From Eledone cirrhosa (taxonomy: Eukaryota): a stretch of DNA of 64,000 nt. Each line of letters starts with the position of its first letter. Within the stretch, counting starts at the first letter, position 1. The position numbers and the translations under genes were made by a program. The DNA is taken from contig OZ024741.1 in NCBI GenBank assembly GCA_964016885.1, positions 33,790,001-33,854,000 of the forward strand, given 5' to 3'. Below, one piece after another: positions 1 to 14,270 of the stretch. The notes under the pieces are model-generated. The model saw only the letters and a program-made list of their open reading frames with translations, made no database searches and was not told where the DNA came from.

Positions 1-55
1 TTGATCATAGTGGGAGGGATGGATAGGGAGGGAGAGAGGGGGGAGATATAAAGAG

Positions 56-88
<33 letters not shown>

Positions 89-1044
89 ACGAAGGAAATG
101 TGGTAAGGAACCAGGTGGACCATAACGCACCAAAGTACTCAATACTTGAGGTAGTAGAGTGGGTAATAGGAACCAGTAAGACCCCGACAGCTGAGCTCAA
201 GCCGTTTCGACGGCTAATTCTGGACGAATGTAAAGTTATAACTGACACCAATTCCTTCACCTATTTTGGCTCCACTTCCACCTCCTTTAAAGCTCGTCTT
301 TATAATCATCATTCGTCTTTTAAATACCAACTTAAAAGAACCAACACGGCTCTCTCAGAACTCATATGGTCCTTGAAAGACAAAAATATTAAATATAACA
401 TCTCTTGGAAAAAGGTTTCTTCTGCTTCTCCATACTTGAACAGTTCTCTATCCAAGACTTGCAATCTCTGTCTAAATGAAAAATTTACCATTATATCTAA
501 TTTAGATTCTATAATAAATAGACGCACTGACTTGTTTTCTCTCTGCTTGCATAAATTCCACAGAACATTCCATAAAGTATACAGCTAATATCCAAAACTT
601 TATCAATTTAGAATCCTTTTCTCAAAGGCACATATATATATATATATATACTTCTTTAAAAATATACCCATCTTTCTACCTTATTTCAAAGTTATTTATT
701 ATACATTATATAATACTTGTTACTCATTCTATATCACTCCTATTTATCACTTCCCTTTCTTCCTTTTCCTTTTCTTTTCTTTTCTTTTTCTTTTAATTTC
801 TAACCCCTAATCTGTACCTTTTCTCACTGTGCCTAACATAGAAACAATTATTACACAATACAATATATTCTTACTTTATATCACCTTGAAAAAATCCTTC
901 GTAAACATAAACACTTTTTTTGACGTTAGATTATTCATCCTCAATTCATTATTTTTTTCTCACTTTCATGTTTCATCCTATCTTCTACTTTTTTCACAAT
1001 ATATCCTTACTTACATTACCTTTGCTATTTTTAATAATACATAT

Positions 1045-1205
1045 CTACATTTTCTTTCGATCGCACATATTATTAAACCCTTAAATATTATTCTTAATAC
1101 ATATAAACATTTTCTTTCCATTGCACATATTATTAAACCCTTAAATATTATTCTTAATACATATTAACAATTTCTTTTCATCGCACATATTATTAAACCC
1201 TTCAA
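1045..1205. repeat. 60-bp tandem repeat, about 3 copies
   Basis: acattttcttt..cgcacatattattaaacccttaaatattattcttaatacatat recurs in register on consecutive 60-nt lines. Confidence 0.85.
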
Positions 1206-1568
1206 TATACAAACCTTAACTTTACATTATTTTTCTCTTCGTTAATTTTCAAATTCTTTTAATTTATACATTATCTTCCAACGGTTTTTCAACCTCTCTA
1301 TGTAAAACAATGTATTTTCTCAGTTATAAAAGCTATCTCTCTCTCTCTATCACCCATCTCTCCTCCTATCTCATCCTTCCTCATTATACTCCTCCTCCTC
1401 CACTTTTTACTCTCATCTCCTCCTCTTTTTTATCCTTTCCAACCTCCCCCCCCCCCCCCTCAAAAAAAATTTCCCCAATATCACACATCAATCTAAAACT
1501 AATTTTCATATGTTGATTTAAAACTGCACTATTCACAAGTGTTTTTTAACCTTCATATCATGTCTTCC

Positions 1569-1639
1569 TATTTTATCTGATGAAAACACAAATGTTATTG
1601 CATGATGATATTTGTTTTTGAAATGCGCATAATAAAATA
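1569..1639 (+). ncRNA. Type I hammerhead ribozyme
   Basis: Stem I tattttat/ataaaata; CTGATGA 1577-1583; long stem II; GAAA 1620-1623; palindromic stem III tgcgca; cleavage after UA. Confidence 0.85.
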
Positions 1640-1762
1640 CTTGGAACTCTTTTAACCATCTTTTGATCTTATATATTATGTATACTCCAGTCCTACAAAC
1701 TGTAGAGTGCTTCTTATCCGATATCTGCATTGCTTTATTGTACTACAATAAAACTCACCTCC

Positions 1763-1817
<55 letters not shown>

Positions 1818-2054
1818 GTAGAATAATGAGAAGAACTCAATGCAAGAAAGCTGTTAAAGCAGCAAAGTGCCGCCAATGACAGCGTTGGGTAAAATGTACC
1901 TCGAAGGACATTATGACTCGTACTCCAACTCGATCTTCGAGAAGACTTAGTATATATATAAACATATATATATATATATGTATGTATATGTATATATGTG
2001 TATATATATATATGTGTATATATATATATATATGTATGTATATGTATATATATA

Positions 2055-2156
<102 letters not shown>

Positions 2157-2655
2157 GAGAGAAAGAGAGAGAGAGAGATAGGGAGAGGTGTAAAATCCCA
2201 ACCACAGTGCCAAGCGGTTTCGGCTTGTGTGTCAAGCAAGCCTTATCATGTATCGAGTACTCACAGGATATTAGTGGTATATGATATATAAAATTAAATA
2301 GCTATGCTTTAACAACACAATACTGTATTCTTAATCGTACAACACATGATGTAAACTATATGTAGACATATGAATAGGTAAATAAATTTAGTTTTCAGCT
2401 CTGGATTAAAATTCAAGTTAATGAGAAAAGCTTGTGGTGAGAAGAAACCAGGCAAACAATTGACATTTATACACTTGTTAGAGTATTTGCAGCCCTGCTG
2501 TACATATGATATATATATTCCTTCAATAAGGTGTATATGGTGTCTTTGAAATACTATGGATGACTGTTTCACGTGCTAAATATAGAATGTAATATAAACG
2601 CTCTTATATATATATATGTATGTGTATGTATATATTTATGTTTGTATATATATAG

Positions 2656-2790
2656 TGAAGGCGTGTGGCTGAGTGGTTTGATAATTGGATTAGCAATCAT
2701 GAGTTTGTGAGTTCGATTCCCGGACCGGGTGATGCGTTATGTCCTTGAGCAAGACACTTTATTTCACGTTGCTCCTTCTACCTGGAGTTG
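2656..2790 (+). mobile_element. tRNA-derived SINE 5' fragment
   Basis: A box tggctgagtgg, B box gttcgattcc, followed by ccttgagcaagacactttatttcacgttgctcc shared with other copies in the window. Confidence 0.7.
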
Positions 2791-2860
2791 CAACTGATAG
2801 ATAGTATTAGCAATTTGAAAAACCAACGGAAACATTGCTTCCTCGGTTCGATCGACTGTC

Positions 2861-2900
<40 letters not shown>

Positions 2901-2939
2901 TACATATATATATACAAAGAAAGAGTCTAAAGTTTGTGT

Positions 2940-3192
2940 TCAGCCCAGAAGCTCATCGGGCCAGTGTTTATCCCAGTTTCCGTGGTGGTAAGCGACTGAC
3001 AGTACAATACTTCCCTCTGGACAGGACGCCAGTCCATCGCAGGGTTCAACCCTCAGATATTGATGCTGGTGCTCAGTTGAGTATACTGGAGCAACGTAGG
3101 ATGAGGTGTTTTGCCCAAGAACACAACAGTCCAGAAATCGAACCCACAGCGTTCGAAAGTCCAACGCCCTTACCACTAGGCCACGTGCCTCC
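2940..3192 (-). mobile_element. tRNA-derived SINE
   Basis: Reverse strand shows a tRNA-like head and the central gcgatggactggcgtcctgtccag block; homologous to 5480-5745 and 18860-19120. Confidence 0.75.
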
Positions 3193-3411
3193 ACTACTCC
3201 ACTAGATATATATATATGCATGTATATATATATGTATATATATTTATATATATGTGAGTATGTGTGTGTATATATATATATGGGGGGTGTATGCATGTAT
3301 ATATACATAAGAGTGTTGTTTAGAGCCCATAATATTTTGGCACATCTTTCCACCAGGAATTCCCACTCGGTGATTTCCGCTATTTCAACACTTGGTGGAG
3401 ATGTATGATTG

Positions 3412-3482
<71 letters not shown>

Positions 3483-3557
3483 TTATATATATGATATAAT
3501 CAGCCAAAACGGAACCGGATGGCGGTGGCCCGTCATGGCTGCAGTCCAAGCACCATG

Positions 3558-3625
<68 letters not shown>

Positions 3626-3639
3626 CCTGAGTTAAAATA

Positions 3640-3690
<51 letters not shown>

Positions 3691-3712
3691 ATATATATGT
3701 GTGTGTGTGTAA

Positions 3713-3753
<41 letters not shown>

Positions 3754-3783
3754 TAATATATATGTGTGTGTGTGTAAATATAA

Positions 3784-3847
<64 letters not shown>

Positions 3848-3862
3848 TATTTTAACTCAGGA

Positions 3863-3913
<51 letters not shown>

Positions 3914-4210
3914 TATATTGTTGGTGTGTGTGTTTTGAACATATTTCCTTTCCACATTTTCTACCCTCGCATGACTCATATATACCTTGGAAACACTACG
4001 TGGGGTGGAGAGAGATTATATAGCTCACTGTCCTCCCCTGAGAACTACAGATGTGCATTGCCCTAACTCAGCATACTGTAATACAACCAGTAGTAGGGAG
4101 GTGTCAGGGTTGATATATAAAGGTACACGGGGAACGTTGTCTGGGCCTATCTACATATTTGCATTGTAAACTATTATTCATATATATATGTGTGTGTGTG
4201 TGTAGAAATA

Positions 4211-4259
<49 letters not shown>

Positions 4260-4987
4260 AGAAATATGTATATGTGTATATATATATATATATGTGTATG
4301 TGTATATGTGCGTGTGTGTGTGTGTGTATATTTGCGTGTGTGTGCGAAAGACAGAGAGAGGGTAAGTTGGAGAGAGGGGATAGATAAATAGATAGATAGA
4401 ATGTACATATAGCCATACTGAGAATCATATACATATGATGGACTGGCAGAATCGGGAGAGCGTCGGATTGTGGTATTTTACATTCTCAGTTGAAATCCCG
4501 ACATTGTCAACTTAGTCCTTCTCTCAAATTAGCCAGGTAGGCTCCTAAAATTGAATTCAATGTGTGTATAAGTATATATATATATATATATATATACTTA
4601 TACACACATTGAATTCAATTCCGCATATAAGTGTACGTGCGTGTGGGTGTGTTTATACGCGTGCCTTCATATTCTTATAATGTATCTATTACCCTATTTC
4701 TGTGTACCTGCCAAACAGAAAACCACATCATGTCTGTCTGTAGTTGACAGATACACAGATACACTACACTTACCCTAACATATATTTACGCACACTTTTT
4801 CACTATACATTTGTACATACACATATATGTACATCTGTGAGCGTATATACATACATATACACACACCTAACTATATTTCTTGAAAGATTTTTATATATTT
4901 TATATGGCTATTGTAATTCATTTGTCTATATTTATATAATTTTTTTGCTTTTCTTGATGAGACTTTCCAAGTATTTAGCCATGTTTT

Positions 4988-5069
4988 ATATTGCCTCGTC
5001 TGACGAACGAATGAAGACGTTTCTTTCGTATTCGCCTCATTCGGGAAACCTCTGGTAATGAGGTAATAT
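4988..5069 (+). ncRNA. Type I hammerhead ribozyme
   Basis: 12-bp stem I atattgcctcgt/atgaggtaatat; CTGACGA 5000-5006; stem II cgaatga/tcattcg; GAAA 5045-5048; stem III cc-tct-gg; GUA cleavage triplet. Confidence 0.85.
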
Positions 5070-5086
5070 TGTATTGATTTTTATAC

Positions 5087-5151
<65 letters not shown>

Positions 5152-5293
5152 CGTATATATATTCATACATGCATTTATATTTATCTATCCGTTTATTTAT
5201 TGACATATATATATATATATATATGAGGGAATGTGAGAGGGATGGACATAGATAGATAGATATGTATCAATGAACGTATATGTCAATAGATAA

Positions 5294-5353
<60 letters not shown>

Positions 5354-5479
5354 CCTTGACTGACCAGTCTGTCGGGCGTCATTCGGCGCCGCTGGTAACA
5401 TCACGTGCTGTTTTAGCCATACGACGACGCCATCCCACTGGCTGGGCAGGCAGGCCGTAAGTCTAAAGTCTGTCTTAAG

Positions 5480-5745
5480 CCAGAAGGCTCATTTGGCCGG
5501 TGCTTATCTCGGTTTCATGGCGTGAAGCGACTGAGAGCACAGGGCTCACCCCTGGACAGGACGCCAGTCCATCGCAGGGTTAAACCTCCAGCTATTGCTG
5601 GTACTCATTTTCAGCTGAGTAAACTGGAGCAACGTGAAATAAAGTGTCTTGCTCAAGGAAACAACACATCAGCCGGTCCGAGAATTGAACTCACAACCTT
5701 TCGATTGCAAGCCTACTGCTCTAACCACTAAGCATGCGCCTTCAC
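5480..5745 (-). mobile_element. tRNA-derived SINE (near full length)
   Basis: Reverse strand: gcttagtggttagagc..gagttcaattctcggacc..ccttgagcaagacac..ctgcgatggactggcgtcctgtccaggg..tcgcttcacgccatgaaacc. Confidence 0.8.
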
Positions 5746-5780
5746 ATATATATATATATATATACACATATATATATATG

Positions 5781-5813
<33 letters not shown>

Positions 5814-6277
5814 ATGTACAAATACATGTATGTACAGTGTTCTAAGTAAATAAAGATAAAAGTTGTTTCCTCTGGGCTCCACTTTTGGCAAAGTATATCT
5901 TTTGTACACCTACTCGAATATTCTTTCGCCCTAGATATCCATCCTATCTGCTGGATATCTGTATATAAACACACACGAATGTACACAGGTTCAGATACAC
6001 TCTTATAAGTTCGTTTACATGTAGAACTAGAGAGAGAGAGAGGGGGGGGGGGCTACAAATATATTCCCCAGATATATAACTATACAGATGCACAAACACA
6101 CATACATACATGCAGTGTATGTATGTATACACATATATTTCATGGGCATTTACACGAATCACACTTCTCTCTCTGAAGTAGGAATAGAGATTCAAACGCG
6201 TGTGTGTGATATAAAAGAAGTGAGATAGAATAGGATGATGACAGACCTATATATATGTGTGTGTATGCGAGCGTATG

Positions 6278-6353
<76 letters not shown>

Positions 6354-6377
6354 ATATATATATATATGTGTGTATTT

Positions 6378-6463
<86 letters not shown>

Positions 6464-6519
6464 ATATATATATATGTGTGTATTTATATATATATATATA
6501 TATATACATATATATATAC

Positions 6520-6650
<131 letters not shown>

Positions 6651-6716
6651 GCATACAAATATATATACATATATATATAAACAGTTAAATGCATCTGTGT
6701 TACTATAGCTAATGGG

Positions 6717-6768
<52 letters not shown>

Positions 6769-6790
6769 GTGTTACTATAACTAATGGGTG

Positions 6791-6861
<71 letters not shown>

Positions 6862-8249
6862 TCTTTCCTTTCGACCCAAAATATAAGTGACCCAGCCTAT
6901 CCAACTATGTGCAGCAGCGCCTACATAGCCATACAGTCATTACCAAACACTTTATCTTCCTCCCTACCCGCTCTCTATACCATCTTGCTTTCATTTCCTA
7001 CAAAAGCATGAAAGAAAATACCCGGCCCTCTTACTTATCTCATAGAATCTGTTTAGTTGCTGCCCTTGTTGCAGTTGTTCGATGTTTTCTTTTCGTTTGT
7101 CACAAATATCACTTTACTTCACTCATACACATGTGTATTGTTTTGTTCGTCTGTTCGTGAAAGCGTTTGTGTTTGCCTCCATATACATACATACATACAA
7201 ACATACATACATACATACATACATACATACATACATACATACATACATACATACATTATATACATACATACATTATATACATACATACATTATATACATA
7301 TATACATACATACATAAATACATTATATACATACATACATACATTATATACATACATTATAGACAGACATACATACATAAATACATACATATATACATTA
7401 TATACATACATATATACATACATATATACATTATATACATACATAAATACATTCATATATACATACATATATACATTATTACATACATACATACATGCAT
7501 ATACATTGTGTGTGTGGGGGGGGGGTATGTAAGAGGTAAAATATAACAAAACAAACGAAACAGTACATGGAAGAAATATATTTGTTTAACACTTGAAATA
7601 GCAGGAAGCGAGTTTTAACGTTTCGGACATTAGTCCTTCATCAGTTAGAAATAGAGGATAAATAGAAAGTAAAGAGTGATAAGATGTTAGCTTTGCGTTT
7701 CATCTTTCCGGGGTTCATAAAATAAAATACCAGTAACGCACTGGGGTCGGTTTAATCGACTTCCCCTCCTTTAATCCCATACGTTTTGTTGTTGTTGTTT
7801 TGGTTCATGTGAGGCCTAATCGAACAGATATTTTCATCGAGATCATCGCGACGTTTTTTGTCTAGACGTATCTAATGTGCTTCTAGAGCTTCTAGTTTCA
7901 TAGGCGTTATTGGTAGACGCATCTACTCTCCCTTTTCAGAACTTGTCAAGTCTAATCATTAGTTTTGAGTCTATTATTAACAGCATGTTTTAAAATACAA
8001 AACTTATCTGTATGTTTACATATTCTTTCGTAATACTAAATCACACTAAAGTAAACGTGTGTGCGTGTGTGTGTGGGAGAGGGGAGGGGTAAATGAACAA
8101 TAAATATATATAATTTCGAACTGGTTATGAAATAAAAGACAGGAATTCGGTTAAATAAAGGTATATCATCTCAGTCGGTGTTGCGGTGGCTATCATCACT
8201 TTTCTGTGGCTAAATCATTAGAAAATGGTTCATAAAGCCCAGCGGCTTA

Positions 8250-9312
8250 TCAGACTGGTGTTTAGCGGCATTAAGTGGCTGAGAGTACAAGACTCATCTA
8301 GACTGGTGTTTAGCGGTATTAAACGACCGAGAGTACAAGACTTGTCTAGACTGGTGTTTAGCGGTATTAAACGACTGAGAGTACAAGACTCATCTAGACT
8401 GGTGTTTAGCCGTATTAAACGACCAGAGTACAAGACTCATCTAGACTGGTGTTTAGCCGTATTAAACGACTGAGAGTACAAGACTCATCTAGACTGGTGT
8501 TTAGCCGTATTAAACGACTGAGAGTACAAGACTCATCTAGACTGGTGTTTAGCCGTATTAAACGACTGAGAGTACAAGACTCATCTAGACTGGTGTTTAG
8601 CCGTATTAAACGACTGAGAGTACAAGACTCATCTAGACTGGTGTTTAGCCGTATTAAACGACCGCGAGTACAAGAGGCATCTAGACTAGTGTTTAGCCGT
8701 ATTAAACGACCGCGAGTACAAGAGGCATCTAGACTGGTGTTTAGCCGTATTAAACGACCGCGAGTACAAGAGGCATCTAGACTGGTGTTTAGCCGTATTA
8801 AACGACCGCGAGTACAAGAGGCATCTAGACTAGTGTTTAGCCGTATTAAACGACTGAGAGTACAAGACTCATCTAGACTGGTGTTTAGCCGTATTAAACG
8901 ACCGCGAGTACAAGACTCGTCTAGACTGGTGTTTAGCCGTATTAAACGACCGCGAGTACAAGAGGCGTCTAGACTGGTGTTTAGCCGTATTAAACGACCG
9001 CGAGTACAAGAGGCATCTAGACTGGTGTTTAGCGGTATTAAACGACCGCGAGTACAAGAGGCATCTAGACTGGTGTTTAGCCGTATTAAACGACCGCGAG
9101 TACAAGAGGCATCTAGACTGGTGTTTAGCGGTATTAAACGACCGCGAGTACAAGAGGCATCTAGACTGGTGTTTAGCCGTATTAAACGACCGCGAGTACA
9201 AGAGGCATCTAGACTGGTGTTTAACCGTATTAAACGACCGAGGGTACAAGACTTATCTAGACTGGTGATTAGCCGTATTAAACGACTGAGAGTACAAGAC
9301 TTATCTAGACAG
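8250..9312. repeat. 48-bp minisatellite, about 22 copies, expanded inside a SINE
   Basis: Unit ctagactggtgtttagccgtattaaacgac(t/c)g(a/c)gagtacaaga(ct/gg)cat; 16-aa period in the ORFs on both strands; flanks continue as the SINE seen at 5480-5745. Confidence 0.95.
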
Positions 9313-9506
9313 GATGCCATCGCAATGTTAACCCACATTTACTGCTGGTATAACGTGAAATGAAGTGTTTTGCTCATGAACACAACGCAGCACCTAATCC
9401 ACTATGTTCGTATGTTCGTATGTTCAACACTCCAAACCAGTAGGCCACGTGACTTCACATATTTTATATTGTTTATTTATTTATTTATAATTCTTATTTG
9501 TTGCAG

Positions 9507-9658
9507 GTCAAATGGGATTTGAAGTAGTCCCACCGACGAATATCACCGTCAGTGTTGGTGAATCAGCCGCGTTTATATGCCGTGTTAAGGGAAATCATTC
9601 TGTGAAAATACAGTGGCTATACAAAAGTATGGTCCCAATGAGAGGAAAAGATTCAAAG
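9507..9658 (+). CDS. FGFR-like (FGFRL/nou-darake-type) receptor, exon encoding the first half of the membrane-proximal Ig domain (IIIa-like)
   Basis: Acceptor ttgcag|GT CAA ATG (phase 1); encodes QMGFEVVPPTNITVSVGESAAFICRVKGNHSVKIQWLYKSMVPMRGKDSK with the Ig B-strand Cys and C-strand Trp; donor AAG|gtttgt (phase 0). Confidence 0.85.
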
Positions 9659-10429
9659 GTTTGTATGTTAAACACTAACATATATGTGTGTGTATGTGTG
9701 TGTTTCCGGATGCAGGCGCAGATCTCGTAGAGTGGCTAAGGAGTTCGATGTGCCACCACGTGGTTTAGGGTTCAGACCTACTGCATGGCACCTTGGGTTG
9801 GTGTCTTCCACATTTCACCTTGGGTTTGTCATTGCCTTGTAAGTAAAATTTGGTAGACGGAAACCAGTTGAAGATATATGTGTGTGTGTGTGTGTAATAC
9901 ACACACACACACACATATATATATATTGTGTCCTGATGGTTTTATATGAATGAAACAATTTTAATCTTGTAGAAGCCATTTCTACATTAGATTTTGTTGT
10001 TTTCACTCTACTAATGTACCTCATTTGCTGTGGTTACTCCCGATTTCACTCGGGGTGTATATAAAGAAATCAGTCGCGACACAAGCTCTTCAATGTCACT
10101 CGGGGTTGCACAGTTTTTTACAAAATTTAGTAAACCTACAATTTAGAGTACGGAGGCAGGCGAGATGGTGTTGATATAAGGAAGACTCGATCTGTACTTG
10201 TCCTGGTTACGTTGAACACCAGTATACTGGGAAATGGCGAGGCCTTCGTCAATCCAATCTGCCAGAGCTGACTTAAATTCCCGGTCCACAACTGGTTCTG
10301 TGCTGTCTTGCGAAAGGTGATGAGGGTGCGGCTGGAGGGAATTGAGGATAAGTAGGCCGGCAGAGACCAAGGCCACCGAATTTTACGTGGAATCTCACCT
10401 GTTTCCAGTCGACGCTGTCGAAACTAACA

Positions 10430-11100
10430 ATTCAGCATAGAGTTTGACAGGGTGATCTGTGTGAGAGTGACAAGGCGTACCGCGCAGTGTGAAGAGGCTT
10501 TTGAAGGTGAATCAATTCCTCAAAAGGAAGAGCGCCGAGTGTGCATCAATGAGGCGCAATCACTCCGTCATCCTCGTTTGGCCTTCAGGCACTTTGCCGT
10601 GGCTTTCGAGGAGACTCGGGAACCGATAATGTATGCGTCATCTTTCAGTGTTAGCTGTGTTCCAGTCAGAACAGGTTGGATGCTGAGCACGATGTCTGGA
10701 AATTCAGTTTCACCGTAGATCACATTTATCACTTCAGACTTGGACGAGTTGATCTCAAGTCCAAGGAGCAACAGGGCTAGGAAGGCTTGCTAAAGATCAT
10801 CGACGACTGACTCAACTGAGCCACCAACAGTCGCATCTTCCCGGTATTAGACATTGAAAAGTGAGCCGGCTGACTGAGCAATAGTGTCGACAGCCAATGC
10901 ATAGAGATGCGGGTCGAGTGGGTCACCTTGCTGGACACCTATAGCTGAAGTGACCTTGTTGTCAGCAGCAATAAGTGTGCTGGGTGTCTTATAAGAGAGG
11001 TGTGCAAGAGGGAGAATAGGAATCCGTCTTAGATGCGTCGCTAAGATGTGATCCCACCTACCACAGTTAAAAGTATTCATATGTCCAGCTCCTGGGTGTG
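10430..11100 (-). mobile_element. Degenerate CRE-like non-LTR retrotransposon RT fragment
   Basis: GVQQGDPLDPHLYAL and LGLEINSSKSE motifs; homologous to 40375-41925. Confidence 0.75.
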
Positions 11101-11244
11101 TTGTTAGTCCTCGAAGGAACTGGAATCATATCACACATTTTATTTTACAATACTCCGGATTAAACAAACCAACCTGCGTACTTCGTCGAGTGCTCCAGCC
11201 TGCATACTAGAGTTGCGGTAAACAACCAACACATACTCAAAATG

Positions 11245-11283
<39 letters not shown>

Positions 11284-11574
11284 ATTTTATTTACTTTATC
11301 GAACTGGAGTGGATGAAATGAATGACGAAAAGATAGAAGATACGTGAATTGATAGGAATAACAGAAGATCAGTAAAACTCTGCAAAACATACGCCAATGT
11401 ACACAGGCGGGGGTACAGAAGAGTAATAAGACAGACCTGGGTAACAAAAAATAAGATAGAGGAGTGGGGACCTACGGGAGATAACTCTATGACAAAATAT
11501 ATTTAGTTGCAAATAGCTGTAATAGTGGGGGGAATAAAATTCTAATTTTATATTTTCCCGTGCGGCAAGCTGGG

Positions 11575-11800
11575 GCCTTCGTCGTCTAGTCCAGACTTTG
11601 CTACTCGAAGTATTGGTCGCTCTCTGATCCTGTAGCAGAGGAGACCTCCGGCGTTATTGGCTCCCGAATCATGTCCCTATTCACTGTTATCGGGGTGGAG
11701 TTGTCTACCTGCCAATTGAAGTGGCTGTTCCAAGACGTCTACCTCGCCAATATTCTGGGCAACGTCTTCTCCATTCTGTCCGCTGGGACTACGAGGCACA
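11575..11800 (+). mobile_element. CRE-like element 3' fragment (restriction-like endonuclease end)
   Basis: gtagcagaggagacctccggcgttattggc..gaagtggctgttccaagacgtc..ggcaacgtcttctccattctgtccgc matches 41728-41895. Confidence 0.65.
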
Positions 11801-12118
11801 CTAACTCTTAAACATGTGTAAAGAAGGATTTATATTAAATATGTGAGTGAAGTATCTTGTAAGTTATCACTAAGCTTTAATTATTTTACGGGAAGTAACT
11901 CTAAATATCTTTGCCATTAGAGTTATCTCCCTTAAATTCGCCTTTTTCATTCAAATCCTAACTATTGTTAACTATACATAGATATGTGTGTGTGTGTATA
12001 ATCTACCTTATGTTCGTCATCTCTATATCTTCCTCCACCCCCTCTCTCTCTCTCCCTCTTTCTCATCTTAATCTCAATCTTTTGCCGCTCATCTTACACA
12101 TTCTATCTTCCATTTTAG

Positions 12119-12254
12119 TTCCTGCCAACATCTGCTAACCCTGAAGTCCTCCATATTCACAATGTCACCTACGACAATGCTGGACAATACACCTGCCTGG
12201 CAGGTAACAGCAACGATATACAGTATAAGAGTGCTTGGCTTACTGTAGTCAAGA
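12119..12254 (+). CDS. FGFR-like receptor, exon encoding the second half of the Ig domain (IIIb/c-like)
   Basis: Polypyrimidine tract plus ttttag|TTC; encodes [45 protein letters not shown], which closely resembles the FGFR D3 motif [20 protein letters not shown]...SAWLTV; donor A|gtaagt (phase 1). Too short for the ORF track. Confidence 0.9.
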
Positions 12255-12353
12255 GTAAGTACCTCCTTGCATTATTCTTTTATACATTCTCATCGTGTAT
12301 GTACATACACACATATATATATACATACACACACACACACATATATATATATA

Positions 12354-14270
12354 TCATCATCATCAACACCGTTTTACGTCCGTTCTTCCACGCTAGCATG
12401 GGTTAGACGGGATGTCCTGTTGTGGGCAGTGTCCGGTCGGCTGACCATGTTTTGCTCATACGGGAACTGATTCTGGCTTGATTTCTACAGCTGATTGTCT
12501 TTCCTAACACCAACCTCATTTACAATAAGTACTGGGTACTTTTCTTCCGTGGCGCCTACACGTCCACTTTCAGTGTGGGCTGAGTACTTTTCTTCCATGG
12601 CGCCTACACGTCCACTTTGCAGCGGGAGGGGTGTGGCATATTGTCTATATGCTTCAGCTTCGGCTTGTACCCGTGGGGGGGGGGTCTTCTGTATTATTGC
12701 GTGACGCCAGAGGTCACGGTCGTGTGTAATCGCCTTTGAGAGGTGTAATTGGGTAAGGTCGGCTTTTATCACCTCATCCCCGGTCTTCTTGGGTCTCCCC
12801 CACTCTGTGGCGTCCACCAACTTCTAGTGCTCTGCACCTTTTTATGTAGCTGACATTCTTCATACACATCACATGTCCATACCAACGCAACCTCCTCTCC
12901 TGCACACAGCATTTGATTCCTCTTATGCTCAGTCTCTCTCAATTCGTTTATGCTTTGCCGTTTGCGTATATTACTATTACATATCCATCGGAGCATGCAG
13001 GCTTTGTTTCTTTCTAATCTACGCAAGTCTTCTACAGACAGCGCCCAGGTCTCACTACCATGTAACATTGCTGTTCGTATACACGCATCATACAGTCTGC
13101 CTTTCATTTTGAGAGAAAAGTCTTTTGCTAGCAGTGGCAGTAGTTCCCTGAACTTCTTCCATCCCGTTCCATACCCTAGTTATTGTACTTTCCGAACACC
13201 CGCCTCTGCTGCTAATTCGGTGATCTAGGTAGCAGAAGCTGTCTACTGTTTCTACAGAGCCCTCCCAGAGTTTGGTGGTGCTTGTTTCCTGTTGCTGTTT
13301 GCTGCTTGCTGTCCCAGCGCAGCTGCTACATGTGAAGCCTACATTCTTAGTTAAGCTTCCTGAGATCCCACTACATCTCTTGTGTACCCATTGTTTGCAT
13401 TTGGGGCAGAGGATGGAGTTCCTACCTACACCTTTCCTACATACTGAGCAAGGCCATTTCCCCTGAGGGGATCTGGCTTCTGTTTTCTCGTCTACTTACA
13501 AGGACCTTAGTCTTGGTCAGGTTGACTTTGAGACCCTTTCTTTCTAGTCCCTGCTTCCATGTTTGGAATTTCTTCTCTAGTTCTACCATAGATTCAGCTA
13601 TAAGTGTGAGGTCATCTGCATACAGGAGTTCCCATGGACATCCGGTCTTAAACTCCTCCGTTACTGCCTGCAAAACTATGATGAACAGGAGAGGGCTAAG
13701 AACAGAGCCTTTGTGGATACCGACCTGTATGCTAAATTCCTCGCTATAGTCATTGCTAACCCTAACTTTGCTAACTGCTCCCCTATACATGGCTTGTACA
13801 GCTTTCACAAGCCATTCATCTACTCCTAGTTTTCTAAGAGTCCACCAGATTATAGCACGGGGAACTCTGTCAAAGGCTTTCTCCAGATCGACGAATGCCA
13901 GGTAGAGCAGCTTACTTTTGGCTAGGTACTTTACCTGTAACTGCCTCACAAGGAAGAGGGCATCAGTGGTGCCTTTTCCTGGCACAAACCCAAATTGCAT
14001 CTCATCTAGTTTCACCTGGTCCCTAATCAACTGTGCTATAACTCTTTCTGTTACTTTCATGACCTGGTCCATCAGCTTTATACCTCTATAGTTTCCTCTA
14101 TCTAGTGCATCACCTTTACCCTTGTAGCAGTTGACAATGATGCTGCTGCACCAATCCTTTGGTATGGCACCTTCTAGTATTACCTGGTTAACAATACGTG
14201 TGGTTATGGTGTGACCTACCGACCAAGATGCCTTCAGCATCTTGGCAGCTGTACCTGATGGACCTGTTGC
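12354..14270 (-). mobile_element. RTE-clade LINE, 5'-truncated (RT, 3' UTR, (ATG)n tail), in an intron of the FGFR-like gene
   Basis: ORF 13437..14240 with NYRGIKLM, QFGFVPGKGTTDA, FVDLEKAFDRV, WELLYADDL; downstream KGRLYDACIRTAMLHGSETW; tail gatgatgat. Confidence 0.9.

Larger units (their letters stand above)
235..1700 (+). mobile_element. Penelope-like element 3' fragment (GIY-YIG endonuclease C-terminal part, 3' region and HHR)
   Basis: ORF 100..588 contains TYFGSTSTSFKARLYNH..TALSELIWSLK..CNLCLNEK, typical of PLE GIY-YIG; HHR at 1569-1639 downstream on the same strand. Confidence 0.75.

Noticed and set aside
100-234. N-terminal part of the GIY-YIG ORF
   Set aside because: GTG start; the region looks like an inverted terminal fragment fused in frame by chance.
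7611-7650. Minus-strand HHR CTGATGAaggactaatgtccGAAAcgtt
   Set aside because: Core and stem II are present but stem I does not pair; treated as a degenerate relic and not counted.
8415-9363. 304-aa and 307-aa ORFs as real proteins
   Set aside because: They are a product of a 48-bp in-frame minisatellite derived from a SINE; there is no independent coding evidence.
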